Source: Chrysomallon squamiferum
Lineage: Eukaryota; Animalia; Mollusca
Length of the DNA: 64,000 bases
Direction: 5' to 3'
Assembly: GCA_012295275.1 (NCBI GenBank)
Contig: CM022668.1
Location: 15,438,001 to 15,502,000, forward strand
The translations under genes were made by a program, and so were the position numbers. The notes beneath the pieces were generated by a model that worked only from the letters and a program-made list of their open reading frames with translations, was not told the origin of the DNA and did not search any database. Every line of letters begins with the position of its first letter. Position 1 is the stretch's first letter. This document shows, piece by piece, positions 1 to 14,656 of this stretch.

Positions 1-13
1 AGCTCATGTTTCA

Positions 14-121
14 AAACTCGCCTGCGACACGTACCACAGCTCGTAAAGAAGACGTCTAATGTGCAAGAACTCGCCGTGAACACATATGACGACTCGCCTA
101 AAACACATAAACGACTCGCTT

Positions 122-153
<32 letters not shown>

Positions 154-340
154 GCGCTCGCCCAGAACGTATTCTTAGAGATATCTCAGAACTCGCCTTT
201 GGACACGTAGGGGTCGACTAGAACACACCTCAAGGCTCGCCTGAAAGTTGAGCCCAAGAGAATACGTAACAACGTTCACTGGAACACAAACCAAATACGT
301 CTAGAAAACGTACGTAAACTTTTCTAGAAAACGTATCGAA
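14..340. repeat. Degenerate ~22-bp minisatellite (core gactcgcctagaacac)
   Basis: Recurring (a/g)ctcgcc...gaacac/gacac units. Confidence 0.6.
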
Positions 341-766
341 GGAACAGCGTATGACAACCAGCGAATGACGTCATCACTGTCTCGTCTGCATTGTATTTTT
401 TTATTTTTTTATTTTATTTTGTTTTCCCCTGTGGTCTGCGCTGTCATATCTATTTAAATCATTGTCTGTATTACTATTAGGCTGTTGTCGAACTACTTAA
501 CAGTAAATAAAGTTCTGTTCTCTGCACTCAAATGTTAAATGTTTGTCTCTGACGTCAGAAACCTTTACGTTGATCATGTGTCATTGTTATTTTTAACGAC
601 GACAGAAAGAAAAAAAAAAAAAAGTAATAATAATTTTATTAATGAGAAGAAAAGATTTAATACGATGTAATTCGATACAAAAGGTTAAGGAAAATAATTA
701 ATAACGTTGTGGGCAGCACCCCCGCATACGAAATTAATCAAAATGAATCCAAGAATTAGGGTGAGA

Positions 767-1036
767 AGAATTCCTGTGTTACAGATAGCAGTTTGTAGTG
801 TGTGGAATTTGAATGAAAGAATTTGGAGAAGAAAAGAAATAATTTTGTGAGTGACAGAATATATAAGTTGAAAGAAAAAAAAAAAAGGAATAAAGAAGGA
901 AGGAAAGAAACTGTAGAATTCCTGTGTTATTGATGACAGTTTGTAGTGTGTAGAATTAGAATGAAAGAATTTGGAGAAGAATGAAAGAAAAGAAAGAATT
1001 TTGTGAGTGACAGAATAAAAAAAAGTTTAAAGAAAA
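767..1036. repeat. Tandem duplication, period ~148 bp
   Basis: agaattcctgtgtta..cagtttgtagtgtgt..gaatgaaagaatttggagaagaa..aattttgtgagtgacagaata occurs at 767 and 915. Confidence 0.85.
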
Positions 1037-3548
1037 TTGGAGAAAAAAGAATGAAGGAAAGAAACGGTAAGAAATAAAGAAAGAAAAAGAATGAAGAGAA
1101 AGAAAGTAAAAAACAAGCTTAAGGAGACCCCCCCCACAGAATTAATTATGTCATAATGAAGTGTTTATATGTGTGTTTATGTGTGTTTATGTGTGTGTAT
1201 ATGAGTGTTTATGTTTGTGTGTGTTTTATGTGTTTGTGTGTGTGTGTTTCTGTATACTTCAGAGACGAAATCTTGAAATATGACAGTATTAATACAGTTA
1301 ATTCTATTAACATTTTAAATTCATTAAATAGTGCGAGAATATTGCCCCTACATAATAATAATAATAATAATAATAAATTAATTTAAAATACTGTTTTCTA
1401 AAGAAATATAACACATACTAATTTCATTAACTTTTTGGGGTTAATTTAATAATTCAAGATAATGTTTCCTCAAAATAACATCATATTCAATCTTATTAAC
1501 GTTTTAAATTAATTAACTAAACGATTTAGATTCTAAAATAACATAACACATATATTTAATTTCATCAACATTTTAAATTAATGAATTAAATCGTTTAGCT
1601 CTTAAAATAACCTAACATATATTTAATTTAATTCGCTTTTTTTTTTTTTTTTTTTTTTTTTTTCAGTTAATTTAAATAAGTCAGGGATACTGTTTCTTAA
1701 AATAACAAAGAAAGGCAACTGAATAGCCATTCTCCCCTATCAATTTCGCCCGTCCTTACAATTTGTCAAAAGATCTGAAATGTGCAATGCGATTTAAAGG
1801 TGTTAAGCACTTTTTAATACCCTGAGGCGGAGACAAATCTACTTACAGACGCTGGGTTAGAATAATTCTCTTCTGAAATTGTCACCATCATTAATCGTTA
1901 TCTGGGCCCTTGGAGGAATCTGGAGCTTAGTGTTTCAACGAATGTTCCCATCGCTTGCGAATTATATTTATTATTTACTCGTTGTTTAGGCCTTTATAAC
2001 GCGACCCATGAATCATATAATATTAATTTTCTAAATGAAATGTGGTCGTCGTTTTTTTTTTTTTTTAATTATATTTTTGTTTACTCGTTATTAAGGCCTT
2101 TATAACAATATCGATGAATCCTGTTAATATTAATTTTCGTAGTTATATTATTTACGATCTTGCTTACGATCGCTACACAAGAACTCTAAATATACCATTT
2201 CAATCAGAACAGGGTTTTTGTTTGTAAGTTACAAATGTATTTAATTGTTATCAAGGTTGTTATAATTTATATATATATTTAAAAAAAAAAAAAAGCTAGT
2301 TCTGATTAGAATGTTAAATCTTTTTCTCTCTGTCTGTCTATTTTAACCAAAGCTGCTTTTGTTTGTAAGTTACAGCTGTTCTTTTAATTCTTATCAGAGC
2401 TTTTATAAACACCATTTTTTTTTTTTTTTTAATCTACGCTTGTATAAGATTTCTAAGTCTACCATTTCAACCAAATCTAGTCTTCGTTAGAAATTTTTTT
2501 TGTTTTTATTTATTCTATAAACATGTTTAGTTTCCTGTTTATAAGTTATATTTCTTTAATGTTTATATTTTAAAAAATGTTTAGTACACAATACAAACAA
2601 ACGTAGCCTTTATTTGTTAAATATATATTTATTTTCGACGATTATCTTACCTGATGTAAAGCACTTTACAGTTTCAAAGAACGAAACCACTGTTTATAAT
2701 AATAGTTAACAAATTTCTCAAGGTTGTGTGAGTGTCCGTGTGTGTGTGTGTGTGTGTGCGCACATATTAAAACAACACACACTTTTAAAGCAGGTTTGAT
2801 CAATCGCAGTCCGAAAATAGTGTCATCATTTTTTTATTTTTAGAACTTATTATATAATAAATTGTAGATTCAGTAAATTGTATTTTTTATGATGGTATAC
2901 TGTACGTTAAAATAAAACAGTAGTTAATATGATTTACGTGAATTTTAGCAGTTCTTACCAATACCTGTAAAGATGGGGGTTTCGCGTTAAGTGCACGCAT
3001 AAAGTCAGTTTACTTTATTTTACGTAAGTGTCCAGTTCAGATTATGAAAACGTTTAGAATCAATTTATTTTATTGTATACATGCACTCTGAGCCTGTCTA
3101 TCCGCGGATAAAGGCTTAACGTAATTACATTTCAGTTTATTAACCTACTGAACACATATTTTGTACTGTAAATATATATTTTTTTTATTATTATAACACA
3201 CTACTTCTCCACTGTAACGTTAGTTTATTAAAATCTAGTCACGGTGATAGTTTGTGTTTGTCTGTTTTTCTTTTTTTAAATGTTCTCGTTTTCTTTATTT
3301 CTTTTTATTATTTTTTTTTTTTTACATTTTTTTTTGTTTGTTTGTTTGTTGATGATTCTGTTATTATTATGATCGTTTCTGCTTCTGCTGCAGTTTGTAC
3401 AGATAAGTTTTGCCAGAGACATGTGTTAATATAATAATAATAAATTTAGCACGCGGTAATGGGAGGTAAAAAAATATAAATAAATAAACAAATCGAGCTC
3501 GAGAGAAATTCAAGATTAAAGAGGTTAATACATTACTGCATGTGTGTG

Positions 3549-3617
<69 letters not shown>

Positions 3618-3952
3618 GATGTAGGTTTTCTGTGTACGTGCTGGAATTTGTATATGTGTGTGTAGGTACGAGTGCGATTGTCTGTTAAGATGCCTGCATC
3701 TGATTCAAAATGAAGAAATTTGATGCTATTATTAACTTTTTCTAAACAAATTTTTCAACTTTTTAGTTGGCTACTTCTTTTTTTTTTTTTTTTTCTCATA
3801 CAAACAATTAAACACATTATTCTCATACAAATAATTACACACATTAAACACATTAACACAGAGACACATGCACACGAATACACAAAGACCATTTCCAAAC
3901 AACTTCAAAACATCATCACCATCATACGATATAGATTTAGAAGCGTACTTAC

Positions 3953-4193
3953 ATCAGTTGAGAATCGGTAAAAACCTCCCGTTTGCTTCATTAAATCCCA
4001 AAATCCCCAAATCAATCGAACGCTCCTGATTGACTTAACAGGGCGACGAAAACTAACGACACAACCAGCAACAAGCAAGACGATCGGCGAAAACTGTCAA
4101 AAAGAAACGGACAGGACGAATGTTTCGTGTGACTGCCAGAGCACGACCCTCGTCGAAAAACTGAAAGTAAGATCTAGACAACCTTATCGACTG
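3953..4193 (-). other. Candidate first exon of a divergent minus-strand gene (body outside the window)
   Basis: CpG-rich island at about 3960-4550 with a minus-strand TCAGTC initiator near 4190. The exon ends caactgAT|gtaagt (intron starts at 3952). The only ATG (3991) gives MKQTGGFYRFSTD in phase 0. Confidence 0.5.
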
Positions 4194-4562
4194 AGTTCCC
4201 GCGCTTTCTGCGAGACTTCTGCTAGATACGGGCGATAATCAGCTGTCGGCACGTGCGCTGTAATCAATATCGTCTGCATCATGGCCGACACTGCTGCAGG
4301 CAAGCTTGCTTCGCAGACGACATTCGGCAGTTAAGAAGCCCGCTCTTTCTTTTGAGTAGAACTATTTTGGAAAGTTTTTTTTTTTTTTTTTTTTATTATA
4401 CGTCATTGCGGATCTCGTATTTGACGCAAATGGGCCGAAATGGTTTAAAGGGAAAATTCTAAACTGGTGTTCGGAGTAAGACTGTGTTGTAAAAGCGTGC
4501 GTGACCAAGTGTACCGAGGTCCCTGGGATCAAATGACACGACCATCCCAATTTTAAATTTTC

Positions 4563-4596
<34 letters not shown>

Positions 4597-5890
4597 GTTA
4601 ATGTCATACAAATATATAGAGCAGTAATGATGTTAAATTTTTTCATTGCTGGGGTCTTGGTATTAGCCATATACTTCAGTGACACAACTGTTTGTAAGAA
4701 TCTGAATACAGGCGCTGTGGCTTTGTTTCGTTTGTAGACAGCAGGTTGAAGTAAGACATATTTCTGTTTTTTAATTGTCTTAATCTTCTTTGTGTTTTTA
4801 TCGTTGAGTCTAACTATTCTTATGTTAGAAATCTGTCTGGGTTTTTTTGGATCTGTGTGTTTGTCTGTCAACATTTCATGTTTGTTTTTATTTGTTCGTT
4901 GTTTTTTCGGGGTTTTTTCTTCTTTTTGTTTCTTCGTTGTTTTTTGTTTTTTGTTGGTTTTTTTTTTTTCTCTCTTTTTTTGCATGTTTGTCTATCTTTA
5001 AATTCCATCTAAACAATTATTTACACTCTCCACTAATTTCTCTTATGTTTTGGCAATATTTTCTTACTTTCCTACTGGTTTCATCATCTTTGACTGAATG
5101 ATCCACCATATTAAGAAACCGCAAAAAATAAAAGCAGAAATAAATGATGAAAGCTATTACTACAAACAGGAAAATAAAAAAAAATATAAAAAGAGAGAGA
5201 GAGAGAAATAAGAAGAAAAATTGACCATAAACACCAACAACAAAGAAAAAAAGTCAATAATGATCTGAGCTTGACATTTGAAAAAGTTAACTCTAACCAA
5301 ACCAGATATCAGTTCCATCTGAAACCCATTTGAATCCGTCATTATATAATTATGTTATTTTATGTATTTGGAGTCTACGATGAAACATGATGAATAGTTA
5401 ATGAAATGTGACAAATGTTTTAAACAATAAAAAAAAGAAGAAAAAAAAAAAGGAAAAAAAAAGAAAGTGAGAGAAAATAAAAAAGCATTTCATAAATGTC
5501 GATGGTTTTAAAAATGTAGTGAAACCTTTTAAGCTCCAAGTTAATACTGGTACAAACCTGATGACATTTTGTGAAATATTTACAGTTTAATAATACACAA
5601 AATTAAATGAAAGCATTAAAAAAAAAGAGAATATAAAAGGAATTAATGTATTTGTCTCCATCGTATATTTATTTATTTTGTGATAATGTTACAAGGTGAT
5701 TCTGGATGCATAAAATAAAATAATAAAATTCATTCAAAAAAAACACCACAATAAAAAAGAAATGTATATCAGAATGAAATATAAGAAGATATTGGTAATA
5801 TAAACGACGTTAAGAAATGATACCAGTAATTAAAAATACATCAAATCAAAAATGCAAATATCCCGAGCTGTTGTAATACAACACAACACG

Positions 5891-6048
5891 ATATCGATAC
5901 TAAACAACCAATACGATATCCATATCAGTAAATCAAGATATATCGATACTAAACAACCAATACGATATCCATATCAGTAAATCAAGATATGTCGATACTA
6001 AACAACCAATACGATATCCATATCAGTAAATCAAGATATATCGATACT
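5891..6048. repeat. 49-bp minisatellite, ~3.2 near-perfect copies
   Basis: Unit atatcgatactaaacaaccaatacgatatccatatcagtaaatcaagat at 5891, 5940 and 5989, with a partial copy at 6038. Confidence 0.95.
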
Positions 6049-7520
6049 CAGACTACGCTAGACTATCGATACAGAGGTAACACCAGCTTGTCAAAATGTG
6101 ACTGTATGTGAGACAGACATACAGACATACAAAGAGATAATTCTATATACATACATACAGAGAAAGAAAGAGAGAGAGAGAGAGAGAGAGGCAGACAGAC
6201 AGAGACAGAGATAATGATATAAATATATATACATACAGAGAGAGTGACTGAGCGAGAGAAAGATAGATAAAGAGAGACGGACAGACAGACACATAGACAG
6301 ACAGACAGACATGCACACAAATTACTAATATATCGGCAATAAAAAGGCATTAAGGAATCGCTTTAGCAAAATTATCAGATATCAATAATTAAAAAAAAAG
6401 AAAAAAAAAGAAAAAAGAAATACATTAAATATCGGCAAAAACAATGCAGAAGAAATCGGCAATAAAAACACATTAGGCAGATGACACTAAAAACAGATGA
6501 ATGTTATCGGTAACAGAAACGCACCGAGCTCTCGGCAATAAAAACCTATCTTTATTTTTCTAAGCCGATCAAGAGCAGAGACCAAATCAGAAGTGAATAC
6601 CGCTGCTTTCAGGATAAAGTGCCCGCCTAAATTAAAGATTATCGAGGCGTAAGTTTAAAGCATTAAATCCGCTTTCTTTATTATTATACGTGCTAAGATT
6701 AAAAAAAAAAAAAAAAAAAATAAAAAACGCCAATAGGAATAAAACTAACGGAAAAATATATCAAAATCCCTGAATACATCTACATACTGCACGGATATAA
6801 GCTGTTAACGAAAATAGACAATTGCACCTTACGGATAATTTTTTTTTTTTTTTTTTTTTGTTCGGTCAGTGAATGACCACATATGATAAAATGGGTTTAG
6901 TAAGTAGTGTGGACTTAAAAGGAACCATGAAGACTTTGTAGAAAAAAAAAAAAAAGAATAAATATTTAAAAAAGAAAAAAGAGAAAGAAAATTTATATTT
7001 AAAGATTCTTTCCAGAATAAAAAATGTACATTAAAAGAAGAGAAAAAAAATTATAATAAGTATTTTAAATAATTGTAAAATCTTTCAGAATAAATGTCTT
7101 TAGAAAAAAAAAAACAAAAAAAAAAAAAATGAATGAAATAAAATAAAATAAAATTAACCCTATGCTCGAAATATTTGCGAATTGAAAAACGTGGTAAGTG
7201 TGACAGTAAATCTCTTACATGTTTCCTTCCAGCTCAGAGTCAAAATCAGGAATATATAAATATATACATTTGTCTCCTGATAATTACATTTTAAATTTGT
7301 ATTCTAAGATTTTAATATTTGATATTTCTCTTCTTCATTTCTCCTGTTTTTCCCAAATGACAATAGATCAAAATGTATTACCTAATAACTGACGTTATAG
7401 TAGATGTTCGTTTGTATTGTGAACATTAGATGCTTTAAACAATTCTACTTCAGTTGAAAAAAATAATATATGTTAAGTATTTATTCACTTACACACTGAC
7501 ACACACACACACACACAAAC

Positions 7521-7623
<103 letters not shown>

Positions 7624-8584
7624 TCGCCTAAAAATGTTTCTGATTAGTCACGGCTAAAGGAAAATAAGACACAAAAATTATTTCTTAACAACAAAATTAA
7701 TAAAATACATTCTTCACCTATTTCTTCAGTTTCTAGAACGAAAAAAAAATCAAAATTAAAATATATCAAAAAAAAAAAAAAAAAAAAAGATCCTGCCAGT
7801 TAATTAACATTTCTTTGATGCCAAAAAGTGGAAAGTTTTGCCAGCAACCTACATTACCGCCATCTAAGCATTACCGCCATTGCAGTTATTCCTTTTTTTT
7901 AAATTTCTGTCGCATTATTACAGAGAACCTCATCCTTCTAATACGCTAAGATTAAACAGAAATATCACTCGGAATGTCGTTTCTTGTAAGTTATCTGAAT
8001 TCAAAATGTCTTTCATCTGCGCCAGAAGCACTAGGCAAAGGTCAGAAGTAATTAAAATGTATGTGAGCAGATTTAAGTTTTTAAAATGAAAATTTAGCTT
8101 AACGTTTTTAACTATCGCAAGCTTGATGAAAGCGTTTTTTCTTTTGTTTTTTCTGCAGTGAAAAATGAGCTATTAATATAAGAAGAAAGACGTATAATGT
8201 CAGTGCGAAATTAAAGTGAGAATTAAAAAAAAAAAGTTTAGAAAGAAAAATGAAAAGAAAGTGTATAATAAATAATGTTTCCTTGTCTGTCATTCTTTTA
8301 TGCGACTGCATATCTCTCTCACTCTCTCTCTCTTTTTTTTTTCTATATATCTCTATTCTTTCCCTCTGTTCGTTATCTCTCTCTCATTCTTGTTTGCTGT
8401 GTATTTGACTGTTTTCTGTCTATCTGTATATCTACCTATCTTATATCTGTTACTCTATTTTTCTATCTACCTATCTGTCTGTCTGTGTGTCTGTCTGTCT
8501 ATCTATGTATCTATCTACCTAACTACCTACCTGGTTATCATACTATCAGCATATCTCCATTTCTATGAATATTTCTTCTTTATT

Positions 8585-8667
<83 letters not shown>

Positions 8668-10585
8668 CCCTCCCTCCCTCCCTCCCTCCCTCCCTCCCTT
8701 AGACATAAACACACGTGTTTTTGCGTGTCTGTGCGTATGGATGAAGATGTGTGTGGGGGTGTGAGAGTATTAGCGCGACTGTACATGCACAGACAAAAAG
8801 AAATGAAATGACGTTTTGTTCATTGTAGACTTTCCTCAGTAAAATTCAACCAAAATATCACGCAGTACTCCATCTAGATGTGAAATTTTTTTTTACAAAA
8901 AGGTGAGAATGTAATGTTATTCTGAAATACGTGCCTGTCCTTGAAAGGCGATATATATATATGCATATTTTGTTCTTCTGTTTAATTACATTTATTAACA
9001 GAGGCAGGAGAAAGAAAGACAAGACATGAAGAAGTGAAAGAATAAATTAAGAGACAAAATGGAAGTGATAGTCAGGACAAAATAGAGAGATGAAAAAGAA
9101 AGAGGGACAGTGAAGAAGTGAAATAAAGTACAGAGATAAAATACAGATAGTCAGAACATACAGAGAGAGAGAGATGAAAATAAGATAGGTAGATAAATAG
9201 ATAAATAGATAGACTCAAGCAAAAAAGAGAAAGAAAGGGGCACATATACAGAGAAAGAAAAAAGAAAGAAGAAGAAGAAAAACGTACATAAACGCTATTT
9301 AGCTGGAAGATATAAAATCGAATCATTTTTCTGGTCAACAACTGAACATTCGCAGCGCAAAATGATTGTCACGTGTGTCTTTAAAAGAATAAAAATGAAA
9401 AATGTAAATTAAATAAAATAAATGAAAAAGTCCACAACGGTAATGATCTACGCGATTATTCTGAAGTTCATTCAGCTCGGAACGCGATCTGCAAATACAC
9501 ATTTGGTTATGATTAACAAAATCTCCGCTATCAGTACGTCATCCATTTTTTTTTTATCTTCCGTGCTCTTAAATTCCGTTCTCATTAGAAGAGCCTGGTG
9601 TTGTTGTTTTTTGTGTGTTTTTTTTTTGTGAATCTGTTTTGAAGAGCGATATATTAATTAGATCTGACTAGGAACAAGTTTCCAATTTGGAAGAGAATTG
9701 CAATATTTCACGAAGTTTATCCTTTGTCATTAACTAAGAAAGGTCAAATTTGAAGAAAAAATATATTTAATAATAGTAATTAAATAAGAATAAAAATGTA
9801 TCATTAAACAGAGTTTATTGGCATCGAAAACTCGAAAACAAACAAACATAAAAATAAAATAAAATATAAAAGAGAAGTAAATAAATAAATAAGAAAGATA
9901 GAAATTAAAAAATAGATAGATAGATAGATAACAGATAGATAACAGATAGATAGATAGATAGATAGATAACAGATAGATAACAGATAGATAGATAGATACC
10001 GATTAAGTAAATCAATATAACAATAATAATAACAACGATGGCTCCATCACCACCACCACCAACAACAAAGCATATTTAGACTCTTCAGTTTTTGGCATCT
10101 CCACTTTCTGCATTACGTTCTTGCACCAAAGACGAAAAACAACTGACAGCTTAATTAAGCTTTCTGTAATCAGAAGAAATAAATCAGTGACGATACCTCG
10201 ATACCACGTGACCTCAGTAACACGTGACCTCAGACCAGCCTGCATGCATGCGACCTTTCAATTAGGCAAGTTCGTGTTTAATTCTAGCGGTGGCCAGACT
10301 CTGAGCAATCCCTGCTTCAATGAGATGAATAAAAATTGTAAAATGTGGAGAGTTACGCGCAGAGTAAAATCTATCGTTTGTCTGTAGTGAATAACAATGT
10401 ACGTGAAGACATGCTGTGGGTACAAACAGGTTACGCGGCGTTGACGATTTTTTTTTTATAAATCATGGCCAGAAGGTCGCAGGTTCAAATCGTAGCATCG
10501 GCGTGAATTAAGGTTGTACAGAATGTCATGAGATGACCTCGTTAGAGCTGATTTTAAAAACAAAATTACATACATACATACATAA

Positions 10586-10624
<39 letters not shown>

Positions 10625-11164
10625 CGACAGAATGAATTATGATACGTAATAATAATAATAATAATAATAAAACGACGACAATAACAACAACATCAATAAT
10701 AAGAAGAAGTACAAAGAGAACAACAACGACAAAAAGCAAAAGCAATAACAAAAACAACGACAATAACAACAATAATAATAATGAATTTCCAGACAACGTT
10801 AATAACTATAAGAAAAAACAACAGCAACAACAACAACAGTAACATCAACAACAATAAAACCAGTAAGAGTAACAGTATCAACAACTACGACAACAACAAC
10901 AATGACTCTGAATATCCCAGACAAGGCACACAAAGAATTTCACGAAAGTCCTTTAACGAACTCGTAACTGGTAAGAAAATAAAAAATAGTTAATTACTGA
11001 AAGCGTGACACCTTGACGCTCGCTTCAAACGGATTTCTCAGCGTTAAATCAACAAGAAGCCGGCTAAGTGGAGGTCGTAGCAGGTACATCAAACCAGCTG
11101 TCGACGTGGACGTAGACTGATGTCTACATCATCAATATTCATCGGTAAAACTTAACGCTCGCAT

Positions 11165-11240
11165 TTTCCAAATGGTGCCGGAAACGGGAGACCGGAAGCG
11201 GAAGTCATTAAGTAGAAGCGCATGTCAGTCCGCCATGCAC
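11165..11240. promoter_or_regulatory. CpG-rich promoter-like module (ETS, NRF1-like, Inr, YY1-like motifs)
   Basis: gccggaaacgggagaccggaagcggaagtc has three CGGAA cores, followed by gcgcatg, tcagtc and cgccat. Confidence 0.5.
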
Positions 11241-11762
11241 GAGCTCGGCAGATAGATTGATTTCGTGTGTCAGTAACATTTCGATGAGGATTTGTGATTG
11301 AAGACGTTGATATTAATATGATTTAGAACCCTTTATCTTCGTGATTATCGTGTGAAATGGGGTTTTATTTTTTATCTTTTTCTCACTTATTTTGAAATAA
11401 ATTTCGTTGCATTTTGGGGGATTTTTTTTTTTTTTTTTTTTTTTTTCTGGCATTTTTCTCAGGGTACAGATTAAACAACATATGAACTGATTGGTTGAAA
11501 TTTGAAGACTGTTGCTTTATTGACTTTGGCTTAGCTTATAAGCTACAAAAGTTTATCTAAGACACGTTTCTCCAAAAATTCTATCGTTTAAAATCACCAG
11601 CAATGCCTGAATAGGAAGGAAAACTGTTTCCACTTTCCGTCAGACGATATATAATAAAAATGGAGTTTTAAAAAGAAAATACCAACAAAGAACAACTCTG
11701 TGTTCGCAATGAAATGAATACGATCTACCAGAATCTGCGCGTATATGTTTTTAAAATAAAAC

Positions 11763-11824
<62 letters not shown>

Positions 11825-12228
11825 AAAAAAAACGTATTGCATAATTCCTTATGAATACATGTAAAGTTCGGGGATTCGATCCTAGCATCTTGAAACCCAA
11901 GAACACTAGTCACTTACTTCACGTGTCCGGTAACCTAGTAACGTCATTTATCTACAAGATCACTCATGGCAGGCTCTGTTAGCTAAATGCTTGTCATGTA
12001 AATTGGAAAAGGTTGCCTAAGGACAGGATAATTTCATTTATTTACACGTTTTTAGCGAGAGAAAGTTAGTTTACGAATTGGGGAGCGTCAAGTGCAGAGA
12101 GAAAATTGACCAGATTTAATAGCGGTTCGTCCTAAGTTACAATTTCCACCAGATCTCATTTTGGACAAACGCGGCAGTGAAATACTTTTGACGTCAATAC
12201 TAAAGACGGTTAATTGTTTATTCTCGTA

Positions 12229-12307
<79 letters not shown>

Positions 12308-14252
12308 CTGCTATTCATTACCATCATTCTCTGTATTTCTGTTTTTCCCCCTCATTCTTTATTAGTTCTTTGATTTTGTTTTAGTATGATTCTATTATTA
12401 TTATTATTATTTGTTTGTTTGTTTATTTTTTGACTTTATCTTTCTCCATTCAAACCAACCTTGGAATTAAATTTCTTATAATTCAATATTTCACGCAAGT
12501 AAAAACAATTTTTTACATTTCTCTTCAGATTGATTAACTAACACAGTTTTTCTTATCATTCTTTTCCACTTATAAGTTAAAAAAAAAAAACAAAGTGAAA
12601 CAAATAAAATCAGTTTAATTCTAAATATTTCGGTTAAAGAGAAAATGGTAATTCTTGTTATGTTTTTATTTTCAGGATTTTGTTTTTCATCTGTTTTTAT
12701 TTATTTTTCATTTTTCTTCTTTTTCTGTGTTGTGTGTGTTCTTGATGTTTTATGTTGTTGTTGCATTTTGCTTTCCTTTCATTTTCGTTCTTCTGTGTTA
12801 ATTGCTTCTCTTTGGTCTTCTTTTTGTTTCGTTCTTTTTGCTTTAAGTTTTGGTTCTTTTTCTTTTTATTTATGTTTGTTTGGCAAAGTTATTTCGTTTG
12901 TTGTTTATCTCGTTATTTTTGTTTTTCCTTTCTAATCGTTTTCTCGTGTTTTCATGTTTCATGTTCTGTTTACTTTTTCTAACAACCTTATTTATTTTTT
13001 CTTCTTGTTGTTGTTGTTTTGTTTCGTGTTTGTATTTAATATGGTTATTTTCTTTTCCTATGCTAAAATATTTCTGATTATTCTTTTCAAAAAAAATATG
13101 ATTTTAAGAAAGCAATTTTGTAGTGCTTTTTATTGTTTCTCTTACCAAATCAACAAGGAACGACATAAATTTCAACAACAACGACAACAGTGGCAACAAC
13201 GACAACAACAGTAACAACAGCGATAATTAACAATCATACCAGCCATAAAAGTACAACAACACTGTTACTGTGACAACTACTACCACAACGACGTTGACGA
13301 CAACTACTACTACTGCTGCTCCTACAATACTACTACTGTTACTACTACCATAAATACTACTACCACTACTATTACTACTACTACTGCTGCTGCTACTACT
13401 GCTACTACCACTACTACTGCTACTACTACTTCTGCCACTACTCCTACTACTACCAGTAGTACTACTACTATTACTACTACTACTACTAGTACTAGTACTA
13501 CTGCTACTACCAGTACAACTACTATAAATACGACCACTGCTAGTACACATACAATACTACTACTATTACTACTAATAATAATAATAATAAATTTAATAAT
13601 AATAATAATAATAACAATAATAATAAATGTAATAATAATAATAATAATAATAACAATAATTAATAATTAATAATAACAACAACAACAATAACAAATCCCT
13701 CGTTTTTTCAAACTGCTCAGAAATTTCTCAGCTCTGAAGCCGCTGAAATTAACAAATATCTTTGCACACGCAGACGCAGACGTTAACCGAATAAAATATT
13801 TAATAATTTTCAAAAACAAAGACTATAAATGAGTCGCGCGACTCAAACAAACGCGCGAAACTGCAACGGATAACGTGATTGGTTTAAAACCGTCTGGTGA
13901 TAGGACAGCGTCTCTCTCTGACATTTCACGGAGCCCTGGGCGCGCGACAATTCTATTACCCGGAGAATAACGAAGGCTCGGAATTTAATGTGTGCGTTAT
14001 TAATTATATTAAACCGCACCGTAGCGTATATATATATATATTATAATAACCCTTTGGTAAGACGGTAAACAAGGCTGAGTAGGTGACGTCATCAGAAAGT
14101 TGTCGGTCTTTCTTTCTCCCTCTCTTTGTTTGTTTGTTTATTTGTTTGTCTTTATCTCTCTCTCTCTTTTTTTTTTCCTTTTCACTCTCTTTTTTTTCTT
14201 CAGATCATTACATAGTTATATATAGAGAAGTAGTTGAAGATAGATAGCTTGT

Positions 14253-14344
<92 letters not shown>

Positions 14345-14545
14345 GATAGATCGATATAGACACATAGATAGATAGATAGATGTTCAGATACATAGACAGA
14401 AAGATAGCTAGGTAGATGGACAGACAGTCAGACAGATAAACTGATATACAGAAAAGGAAACAGAAAGAAAAAGAGAGACAGAGATGAATACACTTTCTTT
14501 CTACATTCTTTAGGTATACAGAGAGATTACAATTATATTTGTGTG

Positions 14546-14656
<111 letters not shown>

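Noticed and set aside
1847-2689. Minus-strand donors at 1847 (tct|gtaagt) and 2651 (cag|gtaaga) as small exons
   Set aside because: The acceptors are weak, the peptides are unrecognisable, and they cannot be tied to the 3953 exon.
5891-6048. CRISPR-like appearance of regular repeats (also 29404-29471)
   Set aside because: The units are head-to-tail with no unique spacers, there are no cas genes, and the context is eukaryotic.
10470-11915. tRNA genes suggested by B-box-like ggttcaaatc (10482) and minus-strand ggatcgaatcc (~11873)
   Set aside because: No cloverleaf can be formed; at most these are decayed SINE heads.
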